A stretch of 64,000 bases of DNA, taken from Takakia lepidozioides. Lineage: Eukaryota; Plantae; Bryophyta. Both the position numbers and the translations under genes were made by a program. Shown piece by piece: positions 12,737-26,675 of the stretch (position 1 is the stretch's first letter; each line of letters opens with the position of its first letter). The stretch covers positions 6,138,001 to 6,202,000 of the forward strand of contig CM060734.1 of NCBI GenBank assembly GCA_030704615.1, in the 5' to 3' direction. The notes under the pieces are model-generated. The model worked only from the letters and a program-made list of their open reading frames with translations, was not told the origin of the DNA and ran no database searches.

Positions 12737-13700
12737 TTGGCCTACTTCTTTCTGATAAGAGGGAAAAACAGTGTGAAATGTGTTGAAGAAGGTGCCTTCA
12801 TTAGCAGTGTCGTAATGGATCAATTGTGCCGCTGCTGGTGCGGCTTCCACTTGACCATGTACCCATGCAGGTTTCTTGTAGCTATCCTTCCACAGGAAAT
12901 CATAGGTAATCTAGAGCTTCAAATCCGGCCTTCTTGGATGAATCTGGACCCACACTCTATCCCTGCTCCTTCCGCTATCCATGCCTCTGCACAGATCATG
13001 CATGCATCCTTGCCTTGCTGCTGGCAGCTGACAATGACAGCCTAGAACTCTTCCAGTAAACACCCCAACCTACTTATCACACTATGTTGACTTGAGTCTG
13101 CTTCCAACAGGCATACACCTTTTTGCCTCGGTTGTCCCACCATTGACTGGGGTCATAAAAGTATTCATTCCATAGCTTCTCATCATCTCTATTACCTATT
13201 TTTGGACACTTTCGTGTTGTCACATTGGCAGTATCATGTCAAAGTCACTCCAAACTAAATTAAGTCAACCATCTAACTTGCAAAATTCAACATGAAAAAT
13301 TAGGGACGACTAGATGATAACAGGGAAAACAGGCTGAAATGTGTTGAAGAAGGTGCCTTCGTTAGTGGTGCCTGGTTTTATCAATTATGCTTATGCCGCC
13401 GCTGTTTCAGTTGACCATCTACCCATGCAGATCCACCCAACGAGCTAAAGTATAGAATTCAACATGCAAATTCAGGGACGAATCTGATGAGAGGGCAAAA
13501 CAGGCTGAAATAGGCTGAAGAAGAAGGTGCCCTCACCACATTGTCCTCGACCTTGTGTACGGACCACTTTCTCGAACACTCGCTTTGCATCCTCAAAGCA
13601 CCCACATTTGGCATACATGTCCACAAGGGTATTGTTCAAAATGACATCTGCCACAATTCCAGCTTTGACGATGCTACCATGGACCTCTTTGCCCTTCTTC
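12737..13700 (-). pseudogene. Scrambled fragments of an OSB-type PDF-motif gene joined to a PPR motif (cargo copy 1)
   Basis: Minus strand encodes GKEVHGSIVKAGIVADVILNNTLVDMYAKCG (PLS-PPR), DPSQWWDNRGKK and HPRRPDLKL…SLWKDSYKKPAWV. The DNA is homologous to 23230-25267 and 33680-37080. Confidence 0.75.
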
Positions 13701-15001
13701 TGATATCTGCACATGAAGCGAAGGGTCAACCACTCCCCCGTTGGATAATTCACTCAAGGCAAAGACAATATTAATACTCCTAGAAATGAAACAAATCATT
13801 TACCTATTTCTATTCACTTGCTGCCACTCAATTTCATGTGTATACAATGTGAGGATGGGGCTAGCCTGTGCACTTACAATAAAAGAGATTTTAGAAACAC
13901 TGCAGTTATTTCTTGCATCAATTTGAAGCCAAGTCAGCAGATGTAGAGACAAAGGTGATTACATTGGGCTTCCAACAAATTACTGTCAACTTTGATTGCA
14001 AATATGTGACATGTGTACCTGCAGACAAATAGGGCCCACCCTTGAAAAGGGGCAGTAGCCGCAAGGCGAAGTGGCTCTTAGTTACGCCAATTAGGCCGGA
14101 GTCTTCTTCTTCTACCTGCAGACAACGAACATAACGCTTGGTATAGCCCAAGTCATTAACTGTGGGGACCTCCAAGTTTCTTGCAAGTTGTCGGGTGCAC
14201 TTATTACAAAACTGCATCTACAGGGCCTCATTCTATAAGTTAGATTGTATGTTCAAGCAAGCGTGTTTCTCTAGTCCCTCTTGTGCTCAGATGCCTTGTA
14301 GCCTGACTGAAAGTGGTGGTGTTACTGTAGGGATGATCGGTCACATCAAAGTACTAACCACTATGGTGATCAGGTCTACCAATCCTAAGTAAAGATCACA
14401 CCAATGCTTGTGCAGGAGCTATGACAATTCCATACTAGACTGTCAACACCTTGAAGGAAGATGTCGTGTAACCAAAAGGCCATAGCAGCTTATCAAGGCA
14501 AAGCATCACCGTTTATGGGGTGCCGTCACTAGCCATGTTTGGGCACTTATAGATGGCAATAGGTTTGCATTCTTGAAGTGAAAGGCTCGCCCCTCCATTC
14601 TGGGTTGCAGATGTTTGGTACTTCTGTGCAATTGCTGCCAACTGTGTCACCTACCCACCGCCAAAACGCAAAAATGTATGAAGGGAATCAACATCACAAA
14701 TTGTTGTTTGCCAACAATGAAATAACATCAATTTATCAGTCATGAGTGCTCCAATCTTGGTGATGGCGAGTGAGACAGTGCTGGCCTCCAAGTCCTGTTG
14801 TCATCATAAGCTAACCATCACAGTAGCATATGGGTGTTGTGACAAGTCCTATCTACATAATGAGAATGATAGATTCCTGTTTGAGAAAGAGCCAGTACCC
14901 GACATGAGTAACATATACATGCTAAAATGTGTCCCTAAGGTATTACAAATTTACTGACTGAGAATTTGAAGAAGCAGTACTGCATGGGCCAAACCTGAGA
15001 A

Positions 15002-16645
15002 CTAAGAATTGACTTCAAGCATCGCACTCCACGACACCACATCTCGTTCAGCCATAGTGTTGAACACTCCCTTTGCATCCTCGACGCACCCACATTTTGC
15101 AAACATGTCCACGAGGGTATTGTTCAGACTGACATTTGGTACAATTCCACCTCTGAAGATGTCACCATGTACCTCTTTCCCCTTCTGCCAGGGCAATGTT
15201 CATAATGACATTGGGTACAATTCCACATGTTTCATAATGACATTTATGGTACAATTCATAATGACATTCGGTACAATTCCAGCTTTGATGATATCCCCAT
15301 GTTTCCCCTTGTCCAGGGCTCGATGCACCCACATTTTGCATACATGTCCACCAGGGTATGGTTCAGAATGACATTTGGTACAATTCGAGGAGTTTGGGTT
15401 TTTCGTGAGCAGAGTTTCGTGAGCAGGTGAGCAGTGAGTAGAATAATATTCCTTTTTGAGAATATTTATGAAAAATATTCCTTTTGGAGATTCTGATTCA
15501 GGGATATTCTCACGAATATCCAAGAAATATTTTGCCGAACCTTTGCTGAGCGAATGCCAAGGAATATTCTATCAAAGAATATTCTTCCGAACCTATGCCG
15601 AACCAGTTCGGTCTACTACCAAACGTATGGCACTGTTCGGCGCCGAACAAGGCGGGCACCTACGTTTTCCTAAAAAATTAGTTTTTTTTTTCTAAAATTT
15701 TAGTGTATGAAATGGTGTTCGGCGCCGAACCTGCAATCTTTGAGGGGTCATATGCAAAAACAATTTAGTAAAAATCTCATTTGGAATCCAAAATGGGAAT
15801 ATTCCAATAACCGAACCTATCCCGAACTTATCCCGAAGCTCGGACGTGGTTCGGAAGTCTACTCACCGCTCACTGCTCACAGCTCAATGCTCGTGCTCAC
15901 TGCTCACGGAATTTCAGCCCCCCAATTCGAGCTCTGAAGATGTCGCCATGGACCTCTTTCCCCTTTTCCAGAGCTGCCAGGGCAGTGTTTATAATGACAT
16001 TTGGTACAATTCCAGCTTTGATGATATCCCCATGCACCTTTTTGCCCTTGTCCAGGGCTCCATGCACCCACATTTTGCATACATGTCCACCAGGGTATGG
16101 TTTAGAATGACATTTGGTACAATTCGAGCTCTGAAGATGTCGCCATGGACTTCTTTCCCCTTTTCTAGAGGTGCCAGGGCAATGTTCATAATGACATTTG
16201 GTACAATTCCAGCTTTGATGATACCCCATGCATGCACCTCTTTGCCCTTGTCCAAGGCTCGATGCACCCACATTTTGCATACATGTCCACCAGGGTATTG
16301 TTCAGAATGACATTTGGTACAATTCCAGCTCTGAAGATGTCGTCATGGACCTCTTTTCCATTTTCTAGAGCTGCCAGAGTAGTGTTCATAATGATATTTG
16401 GTACAATTCCAGCTTTGATGATATCCCCATGCACCTCTTTGCCCTTGTCCAAGGCTCGATGCACCCACATTTTGCATACATGTCCACCAGGGTATGGTTC
16501 AAACTTCAGAATGACATTTGGTACAATTCCAGCTCTGAAGATGTCGCCATGGACCTCTTTCCCCTTTTCCAGAGCTGCCAAGGCAATGTTCAGAATGACA
16601 TTTGGTACAATTCCAGCTTTGATGATATCCCCATGCACCTCTTCA
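15002..16645 (-). pseudogene. Tandemly amplified, frameshifted PLS-type PPR motif fragments
   Basis: About 9 copies of (ALEK)GKEVHGDI(I/F)(K/R)AGIVPNVI, several with LVDMYAKCG, and one DVVSWSAM motif. Confidence 0.9.
15390..15922. mobile_element. Mutator-like MITE with 9-bp TSD
   Basis: CAATTCGAG at 15381-15389 and 15923-15931. G-starting imperfect TIRs carry GTGAGCAG/CTGCTCAC motifs. The empty site TACAATTCGAGCTCTGAAG occurs in a sibling PPR repeat near 16120. Confidence 0.85.
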
Positions 16646-17076
16646 AGCCTTGCCTTTCCAAACCGTGTTCTTGAAATGCACAGGGCTAGGCCCGATAGGA
16701 AGACCCGTGCTCGTCGATCGGCTGGGTGTGCGTGCTGCAGCCACCTCCACGGTTTCTTCCTGCGGCTCTTTGGATGTCTGCGATCCCTATACCACCTCCA
16801 CCTTTGGAGTTAGGCATGCAAACATTTTCTGCATTCAAGTGTCCTAGCATAGAGTCAAACAAATGCACAAAAACCAAGAGGGAAGGTTTCGTTGCTCGAT
16901 CAGCTGCGTGCATCCCGATAGCACCGAGCTCTCACCGGAGGCTGTGTCGTCTGCGTTGCTTGCTGCTGCACGGTGACCATCTCCTCCTGAAGACGCATCT
17001 GCTTCTTCCCCTTCGGCATTGGTCTGGGTCCGAAGTACGATGACGTCTCTTCTCTGGTGCAGAAACTTCATGGACC

Positions 17077-17885
17077 TTGGAAACTACAGACCCATAGCCC
17101 TTGCCAACACCCTATACAAACTATTCACTAGCACTCTAACTACGATGCTATCCACCTACGGTGAACAACACCGTATCTTAAGGGACCCCTAAGAAGGTTT
17201 TTGTGCTACATGCAGCACTACCCGGCAAATACAGTATGTCTTCTCTGCCCTAGAAGACGCAAAACTTACTAAACAAGACATCTACCTCCTCTATATCGAT
17301 TTCAAAAATGCCTTCGGATCCCTGGACCACCCCTGCCTATTGGCGATTATGTCAGATCTTGGATATCCTGTTGACGCTATCCAACTCGTAGATAATATCT
17401 ACACCAATAGCACCACTGAATACTCAGGCTCCTACTATGGCTCTACCCTTCCTATCCTGATCTTACGTGACTCTATTCAGGTGACACACTGAGCCCCTAC
17501 CTCTTTATCATTTTTCTCGAACCTTTACTGAGGTGGTTCGCACGCGACAACCGCGATACCACAAAAAATCTGCCCATGAAATTTCCGCCGCTGCTTACGC
17601 TGACGACCTCGCCGTTCTTGCACACAAACCTCAACATATCAGCCGTCAGGTCGACAAATTATCTTGCTTCAACCAATGGTCTGGTATGGAGCTAAGTCTG
17701 CACAAGTGTGCAGTCACTGCTGCCACACATTGCAATAAGCTTACTAAAACCACGATAGCCTCTCACTGTAAACTACACATAAATTATCAACAAAAACCTT
17801 TTCCCTTCTTGAGTCCGGATGAACCTTACACTTACCTGGGCATACAATTAGTCCCCTCGCTCACCTGACATATACAGAAGGACGT
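17077..17885 (+). mobile_element. Non-LTR retrotransposon (LINE) reverse-transcriptase fragment
   Basis: NYRPIALANTLYKLF, YIDFKNAFGS, DTLSPYLF, AYADDL and YTYLGI motifs, with stops and frameshifts. Confidence 0.9.
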
Positions 17886-19194
17886 TGGGTGATTGCAAAC
17901 TAGAGTGGACCAAAAACGACGGATCATGAGTACATAAAGGAGGATGTGGCAAATCCTCAACCATCGGATTTGCTTCAACTGACAATCTTGACCGTCTATT
18001 ACTGACTGTTAAAGCCAATATTTTCAAATTGCGATAATATCAATTCACAAATTTTTTTTTGAGATTTGATCATACTCAACTGTGCATTGATGGTGAATGA
18101 ATGCGTCTAATGAAAACAATTTTGTTATTTCAAAAGAATTTAGTCATAAAGGACTTTACGAAAATAGCTATTTTTGAGTACATAAATTATTTTTAACTTC
18201 ATATTTTTGGATGATAGTTTTCATTCCAGATTCCCCATTCTTCAAAGCAAGTTTGAGATAGTCCATTTTCTTGACTTTTTGCTAGCTCCTATATTAAAAA
18301 AGTTTATAACGTATTTTTTTTATGGACTGTGGACTTTTTACCTCACAAGTCCTACAAGAACCGGAAAAAAAAAAACAAAAAAACAAAAAAACTTTGAACA
18401 ATCTAAATTGCAAGAGGTCCAAGATTTATGTGGGCGTCAATGTCTACATAAGTCGTCGCAACTCTTCAACTTAAATAAAATATTAAAACAATCCGACAAA
18501 AAATATATTTTTGGTTGTTCCGAATTAGGTAGAGCATATCTTTACTCTTGACATTTCTATGGACTGACGTTCTTTATCTCTGAGCAGGATTTTTCTTTAC
18601 AATGACCTCTTTCGAGTCGGGCACAAAATATATGCACAAACATGAATCCAATTTATCAACCAATATTAACGTATTTCCAATGAGAACATGTTTGACATTG
18701 TTCTCAGATATAAGGTCACTTTCTAACATCACACCACTCTGCGCTCACGACCACTAAACGTGACGCCTAGTCTCACGCTTAGTGGTCAATCATGAGCCTT
18801 AGCTCACATGCTCATGGTGTAGCTTTGTTGCATTATTTAGAAATTAAAACTACCAAAAGACAATGAGTCTACATCATTTCATTTCCATTTATGGATGAAC
18901 CGACCATTCGATGTCTTCACCACTCAATAATATTTTCTTTCTCATTTCATCATACTATTTGTGAAGTTTGCATGGGTGTCGCTTCAAACCGAAGCCAGTT
19001 TTCGGCTTATAATCTTTCTTAAGAGGTTAAAAGCCGTAAATCTCATAGGGTTCACAAAGAAGACCCTCAAAACATCTATTAGGCTCCATACAATCACATT
19101 TTTGGCATGCTTGGGTGTACAATTTATTTTAGCTCATTGGACTTTTTATTGTTTCTCTATTCATAAAATACAGAATGAATGGAAAAACAAGTTT

Positions 19195-19345
19195 GCGACC
19201 GCTTGAATTCGGAGATCTCATGTATTTTTCTTTTTAGTGCGACCACTGGGAATTCGGCGGTCGCATGTGTTGTTTTTAAAACAATTAGTGCGATTGCCAG
19301 AATTCGGTGGTCGCTGCGGAGATCGCCAAAAGTCCGTGGTTGCAT
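19195..19345. repeat. Orphan degenerate GCGACCRC…GAATTC…GYGGTCGC palindromes
   Basis: 3-4 copies related to the hAT-unit arrays; no adjacent gene was recognised. Confidence 0.5.
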
Positions 19346-20554
19346 GTAATTTAGAGGAAAAAAAAAATAGATGCGTTGGTCAAAGACTGACGGTCGAATC
19401 TAATTATAAATTACAAAAGTAGCCATGACCTACGGTTGTATTGAATTAATACAATATATATATATGTAAAATTAAATCCAACTATGTACTCCGCCTAGGC
19501 TGCATCTTCGTCATCTGGGGATAAAAATAAGCTGATAAAGTTAATAAAGTTAATAAAATAATAAAATAATAATAATGTTCATTTTGGACATGACGTGAAG
19601 CGACGCACATTCATACTTGACGTTGATATACCCGCACCACATATGTATAATTATGCCTAACTTATTTCAATTGGGCTAAAAACATTTCAGGGGTTTTCCG
19701 ACGCCTGGGGGAACAAGTGAACCACGGTTACTCATAATGACGTGACATAACACAAATGCATTCCCCTCACATCCAGAATTGACTTTACGTCGCGCAATTT
19801 TCTTAAAAACTTTTGCGCAACCTCTTTACCTTGTTGTCAAGGTGGCAGCCCTGAGCAGACCTGCGTTTTTTTTAAATAATAATAATAATAATAATAATAA
19901 CTAAAATCAAGACGACCGCAACAACGGTTGTCCGATTTATGTTCAATTTTGAAAAGACGGACAATTGCTGCAGCGGTCATCCAAAAATTATACAAAAAAT
20001 GGGTGAGTGGGGAATAATGATCGTCCAAAAATTCAGAATATGGACGACCGCCAGACAACGAACAATAGATGTGGGCGTGACAGGTGTGTATGTATTTTTT
20101 TTTTCCCCTTTCCGGTCTGCATTTGTAATCCAGCAGACGGTGCGTTGGGGGTGAGGCAATTTTTTTGGTCAATATCTGAATGTGGAGGAATCATGTTTAC
20201 ATTCCACAAATGCATTTCAGTATTTTTTATTTTTTATTTTTTATTTTTATTATTGTCTTAAGCGATTGGGCTGGAAACTTTTTATGCTAGTAAATGGGAT
20301 ATGTGGGTATAACTTTTAATGGTCAATTTGGATGGGGTTACAAAATGATTAAAGATGATTGAGTCTTCTTGTCTTTTTCTCTCTATGCTCTAATTAGCAA
20401 ACTTATGAAATAAATTATTGTACCAGCTTTGCTCTTCTTGTGCAATTGATCAATTACAATGAGCGCCCCAATATCATTCTCAAATATGCCAAACTAAATA
20501 AAATAAACGCATAAAGGTCATTTGTAAAAAAAGACGGTTATTAAAAAAGACTGT

Positions 20555-20764
20555 TTTTTAATAAATAAAAACAGGTAAATAACCACAACAACCCGTACGA
20601 AATTCTACGCTTCAAATAAGCCAGTCTTTTTAATAAATAAAAACAGGTAAATAACCACAACGACCTGTACGAAATTCTACGCTTCAAATAAGCCAGTCGT
20701 TTTAATAAATAAAAACAGGTAAATAACCACAATGACCCGTACAAAATTCTACGCTTCAAATAAG
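20555..20764. repeat. 72-bp tandem repeat x3
   Basis: TAATAAATAAAAACAGGTAAATAACCAC at 20559, 20631 and 20703. Confidence 0.9.
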
Positions 20765-21859
20765 CAATCCCTAGAAAGTCGCTTTAAACCAAAAAAAAAA
20801 CAAATGCTAAAACCTTAAATCTGCATCTTATTAATCAATAAGGAATATCATTTGTACTAATAGATCTGAAGCCCTCGACACCTCTGTGTATGTTTTTTTT
20901 AAAATATTTTTAATAAAATAAAATATTAAAATATTAAAATAAAATACATATATATATATTGGCATGCACTTCATGGATTTTAGGATTTTATGAACTTATC
21001 GAGATAATATATCATCAACTACGTGGATTTTGTGTTCCAAATCCAAAACATGTTTTTCAAGGCTGACCACCATACTAGCTATTGTGAGTGAATTTGAGAG
21101 TTTTCAAGGGAATGATATAACAAATTCATCTACTGTTCGTACCCATAACATGGCAGAGTCAATGCGCTTGCAATTAGAGTAAAAGACATTGAAAGATGAA
21201 CCTGCAGTTCTTTCCCATGCAAAGAGCGACCATATATAGATTAAAAAAAAAAAATCTTTGATCATTGTACGTAGTTCCGATCTCAAGCCATGGATATGCG
21301 AGTTTTAATGACAATCTCGAGCAATGACTTTATTTATAGTAGAAACTCGGCAAAAGTTTGAGTTGATATAATTTGCCTCGGAGCTGCTCGTCGGTACCGT
21401 GCTTGTCAATCATTTTGCATCAACAGCGTATCCTTGCCTCCTTCAGCAACTCTTGTCATTTCATAAAAATGTGTAGATCTTCACCCTCATAAGTTGTGGA
21501 AGTGATTGACAGCGGCAAGCCATAGTTGTGGGTACTAAGTGATTCTTGGTGCAAGTCTTCACACTCTACATCATCTCATCTCGTATTCAGGGCTCGTTTG
21601 ACGAGGATGGATCTAATTGTAGTCTTGACCCTCAAGTCCCAACAACCGAGGCAGCCGATCAGATCGAGGATGACGAAAGAGTTTGATGTCAAAGACTTCG
21701 ACGCGACGTTGCTAGTCATAGTCAACCATATTATGGAGAGAAACCTAAGGAGCCTCGATTGAAGATATCTCGACGTGTATTCTGGCAATCAATGTAGTTT
21801 CAACAAACTCTCATCATCATCGATCTAATCGACCGCCTCGAATATGGGGGACATCTCAC

Positions 21860-22235
21860 ACTTGGCTTTTCGATAAAGTTGTTTGTCTAGTCCGTAGTGA
21901 TCGTCTATAAGGACTTTATAGGATTAAGTGAGCAGTTGTAGCTCGACAGGTCAACCAAAACATGTTTAGATGTAACAGATAACACGGCACGAATCCAAGA
22001 ACAACGGCAAAAGAGAGTCTTAGAAGGAACAATCAAAACCTTTGAAGAAGGTGAGTTTGTCTTATAGTTATTAAAAATAAACAAGATCAAGTTTAGAGGC
22101 AGGTTAAAGATGCCATGGATGTGACCCTTCCAAATAAAAAAGGTACATGTTTATGGTACAATGGACTTACAAACTCTGGAAGAAGAAGAAACAGTGGGAC
22201 GAATTCGCATTAACAAACTCAAAGGCTACCGAGGC
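21860..22235 (+). pseudogene. Ty3/Gypsy integrase C-terminal relic
   Basis: KTFEEGEFVL*…GRLKMPWM*PFQIKKVHVYGTMDLQTLE…RINKLKGY resembles the GPY/F module; compare the end of 51601-52221. Confidence 0.7.
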
Positions 22236-22689
22236 ATCCACAACCAGGCTCTCAAGCACGATTTTTATGCAAACAAGAAGACAAAAATAACGCAAGAAGT
22301 CTACCAGAAGAGCTTGGAAATCTTCTACGTTCACCTCCAATATGGTAAACCACAAGAAGTACCACTAACTGGGCACGATACCCCACTACCACTAGGATGG
22401 CCCACTACCACGAAACAATTAGAATCCATAAATTGTTTCTTGGTCGCAGCAAGAAGACTATTTAAAGCTAAGGAAGGTTTAAATGACGACCTCGTTATTT
22501 GCGTCAGACATGATGCTGACGTGGCCTGCGTCAGGTCGGTTTTAGGTGTCGATAATGTAATTTTTGGGTGGGGGGTGAAAAGTGTGACACGTAAGTATCC
22601 ACGTCCCCTAGAAATTACACGCATGAAAAAAAAAATCAATTAGATTGAATTTTGATAATTTTAAAGGGTCGTCACGGTCGCCCGACAAT

Positions 22690-25267
22690 CACTAGAAGAG
22701 AAAATGGTTTTCTCCACGGTTTTTTCCACACTTTTTGGTGTGGATTCCACCCCAGTCCACACCTACCGTGGGTGTAAGAAATGACTAGTGCTTTCAGACA
22801 CCTGTGGAAAAAAGCCTCCACGGCCATGGCTCTGTGGAAAAAACCATAGAGGCGTATATCACAGGTGACATGGCCGATGGTATAGTTGACATGGTGGAGT
22901 GTGACACGCGACACGTGTCGGATTTCACACCTTTGACAAGTCACTATGCGACACGTGTTCGTTCCTGTGTAGTGGCACGCGTTTAATTTATTATTTTATT
23001 TTATTTTATTATTGAACAGGGGGATTGTTAATTATTAAATTATTAAATAATTTCAAATATTAAGTTGGAATATTAATGAATTTAATTTATTATTATTATT
23101 ATAGAGAACAAGGAACAGTGGCCTTGATGAGAACATTATTAAATTATGAATTATTAAAATTATGATTTTTTTAAAAAAAAATCGCTCAGATACCAAAACA
23201 CACCCCTTACAGGGAAGGAGAGTTTATCTTAGTGCCTATGCTGATTTGCATCTGCTACTCTCTGTAATCTAGCAGGCATTCACATTTTTGCCTCGGTTGT
23301 CAGAAAAGTATTCAGTCCACAGCTTCTCCTCACCTCTATTACCTGTTTCTGGATACTTTCATATTGTCGCTTTGGCACATGTCAAAGTCACTCCAAACTA
23401 TCAAAGGTTCACTCAACCAGCTAACTTGCAGAATTCAACATGAAAATTTAGGGCCGATTCTGATAAGAGAAAAAAAACAAGGTGAAATATGTTGATATGT
23501 TGTCTTGATTAGCAGTGCCTGATTTATCAATTGTGCCGCTGCTACCACGGCTTCCAGTTGTCCATCTACCCATGCAGGTTCATTGTAGCTATCCTTCCAC
23601 AGGGAATCATAGGTAATATGGAGCTTGAAATCCGACCCTCTTGGATGATCTGGACCCACACTCTATCCCTGCTCCTTCAGCTATCCATGCATCTGCACAA
23701 ATCATGCATACATCCTTGCATTACTGTTAGCAGCTGACAATGACAGCCTAGATTTGTTCCAGCAAACACCCAACTCAACTTATCACACTAATTCTTATTC
23801 TCGATTGAATCTGCTACTCTCTGTAATCTAATAGGCAGTTACCTTTTTGCCTCAGTTGTCCCCACCATTGACTGGGGTCAGAAAGTATTCATTCCACAGA
23901 TTCTCCTCCTCTCTGTTATCTATTTCTGGATACTTTCATATTGTCACTTTGGCAGTATCATGTCAAAGTCACTCCAAACTATTAAAGATTCATTCAACAG
24001 CTAACTTGGAGAATTCAACATGACCACACCGTTAGTGTCAGCTGCCAGCAGCAAGGCAAGGATGTATGCATGATTTGTGCACAGGCAATGATAGCTGAAG
24101 GACCAGGCATAGAGTGTGGGTCCAGATTCATCCAAGAGGGTCGAATTCCAAACACAAGATTACTTCTGATTCCCTGTGGATCAATACCTACAAGAAACCT
24201 GCAGGGGTAGATGGTCAACTGGAAACAGCAACAGCAGCAGCACAATGGATAGAACCAAACACCGCTAACGAATGCACCTTCTTCAACACATTTTAGCTTG
24301 TTTTCCCTATTATCAGAGTTGTCCCTAATTTTTATGTTCAATTCTGTAAGTTAGCTCGTTGGTGGATCCATGGTGGTTTTGGAGTGATTTTGACATGTTA
24401 CCGCCAAGTGGCAACAGGAAAGTATCAAAAAATAGATAACAGAGATGAGGAGAAGCTCTGGAATGAACACATTTCCGACCCCAGTCAATGGTGGAACAAT
24501 CGAGGCAAAAAAGTGAATGCCTCTTGGAAGCAACCGCAAGTCAGCATAGGAACTAGTATGATAAGTATGGTTGGGATGTTTGCTGAAGAGTTCTAGGCTA
24601 TCATTGTCAGCTGCTAGCAGCAAGGCAAGGATGTATGCATGATTTGTGCAGTTCTTCCAGAAAACACCCCAACCCTACTTATCACACTAGTTCCAAATCT
24701 GAAATGCATCTGATTTTCTCTGTAATCCAACAGACATTCACCTCTTTGGGGTCGGAAAGTGTTCACCCCAAAGCTTCTCCTCATCTCCGTTATATGTTTT
24801 TGGATACTTCCTTGCTGCCACACTGGCAGTACCTTGCCGAAGTCACTCCAAACCGCCACAGATCTACCCAACGAGCTAAATTCAACTTGTCAGAGTCACT
24901 CCAAACCACCACAAATCCACCCAACGAGCTAACTTACAAAATTCAATATGCATCTCAGAACCGAGTCTGATGAGAGGGCAAAACATGTAGAAATAGGTTG
25001 AAGAAGAAGGTGCCCTCACCACATTGTCATTGATCTTGTGTCATGACCCATTGAGGATTTGACCAATCACCAACCCAAAAGGACCTCTTCTGTGCATATT
25101 GCTCGTGTCTGTAGTCAGGTAATGTCGGTTTGGTTTGTGCGAACCACCACGGTGCAGCTGAGCACTAGACAGAGATTAAAACACAGCCTACTAAGACCAA
25201 GCTGACTCTCCCAAGAACCTTGTAAACATCAAGAAGAATACCAAATCATGGTAGTAATAGGAGCCAA
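22690..25267 (-). mobile_element. One end of a Pack-CACTA element, truncated or interrupted at ~25268
   Basis: Begins CACTAGAAGAGAAAATGG and has ACACGTGT subterminal motifs. 22940-25267 is inverted-homologous, with rearrangement, to 34178-37340 of the complete CACTA. The other TIR was not found. Confidence 0.65.
23230..25267 (-). pseudogene. OSB-type PDF-motif exon fragments (cargo copy 2; some segments inverted)
   Basis: HPRGSDFKLHITYDSLWKDSYNEPAWVDGQL (minus); HPRGSNSKHKITSDSLWINTYKKP and KLWNEHISDPSQWWNNRGKKVN (plus). Confidence 0.75.
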
Positions 25268-25466
25268 GCCCGGTTATCAGCGTCACGTCCGTCCGTCCGT
25301 CAGCGTCACGTCACGTCAGACCTGACGCTGACGGGACCTCCGTCACGTCAGGTTCGGGGAATATTCTGGTAAAAATAGTACCAGGTAAAATACTGCCACT
25401 TAAACAGCCACGTCGCCGACACGGTGGCGGTGGCAAATACATTTTGAAAATTAACAAAATGAACAC

Positions 25467-26675
25467 GACCGCCCATTCGCTTTGTTTTTCGAAATTAAAA
25501 AAGAAATAGCGACCGCCGTATTGGCGGTCGCTTCAAATTTTTCTTTTTTAAAGTAAAATTGGCGGTCGCTTCAAATGTTTTTTTTTTAAAAGCAAGATTG
25601 GCGGTCGCTTCAAATGTTTTTTTTTTAAAAGCAAGATTGGCGGTCGCACTAACGGTCGCCTTATTTTTCGAATCAAAAAAACAAATAGCGACCGTTATAT
25701 TGGCAATCGCTTCAATTTTTTTATTTAAAAAACAAGATTGACGAGCGTATTGGCGGTCGCCTAATTTTTTTATAAAAACAAGCGACTGCCGTATTGGCGG
25801 TCGCACGGTGGCAAATACATTTTTGAAAATTAACAAAATGAACGCGACCGCCAATTATGGTGGTCGCTTCATTTTTCGAAATTAAAAAAGAAATAGCGAC
25901 CGCCATATTGGCGGTTGCTTCAATTTTGTTTTTAAAAGCAAGATTGGCGGTCGCACTGGCGGTTGCTTTATTTTTCGAAATAGAAAAAGAAATGACGACC
26001 GCCATATTGGCGGTCGCTTCAATTTTTATTTTTTTAAAGCAGGATTGGCGGTAGCACTGGCTGGTCGCTTTATTTTTCGAACTAAAAAAAGAAATAGCGA
26101 CCGCTATCTTGGCGGTCGCTTCAATTTATTTCTAAAAAAAACAAGACTGGAGGTCGCATTGGCGGTCGCCTAATTTAAAAAAGAAAACAAGCGACTGTCG
26201 TATTGGCGGTCGCACAGTTTTGTAAATATGTACAGAACAAGCGACCGCCATATGGCGGTCGGATAATTTCAAAAATATATAAAAAAACAGCGACCGCCAT
26301 TGGGCGGTCGCTTAATTTAAAAAATATATAGAAAAATAAACGACTGCAATAAAATATAAATATTAAAAGCGACCGCCTTACTAGCGATCGCGTTTTTTTT
26401 AAAATATTAAAAATAAAAGCGACCACCATATTGGCGGTCGTTTTATTTTAAATATATTAACAAATGAAGCGACTGCCATACCGACAGTTGCATTATATTT
26501 TGAAATAAAAAACAATAGCGACCGCCATACGGGCGGTCGCTTAAATTTAAAAATATACAAAATAGAAGTGACCGCAATATTGCACAACTGAAAGGAAATA
26601 AAAGCGACCGCATTAGTGGCGGTCGCTTGTTTTTCATTATAAAAAAAAATAGCGACCGTAGTATTAGCGGTCGCT
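25467..26675. repeat. Array of GCGACCGCC-N4/6-GGCGGTCGC palindromes upstream of hAT copy B
   Basis: More than 20 full or half copies separated by A/T tracts. Confidence 0.92.

Noticed and set aside
14040-14085. Hammerhead ribozyme or rRNA-like hairpin GCCGCAAGGCGAA
   Set aside because: Lacks the CUGANGA core and flanking helices; too short to support.
15002-16645. Functional PPR editing-factor gene
   Set aside because: Motifs are partial, frameshifted and MITE-interrupted, and no E/DYW domain was seen.
21100-21800. gag-like relic on the minus strand (GLRSELRTMI)
   Set aside because: A single weak motif in heavily degraded sequence.
22690-22974. Stand-alone 285-bp CACTA MITE ending in TAGTG at 22974
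   Set aside because: Flanks AAT and GCA do not form a TSD, and the segment is homologous to the internal subterminal region of the 32868-37644 element.
25495-26637. ORFs translated from the palindrome arrays (also 30195-31978)
   Set aside because: Artefacts of repeat periodicity; low-complexity products with no coding signature.
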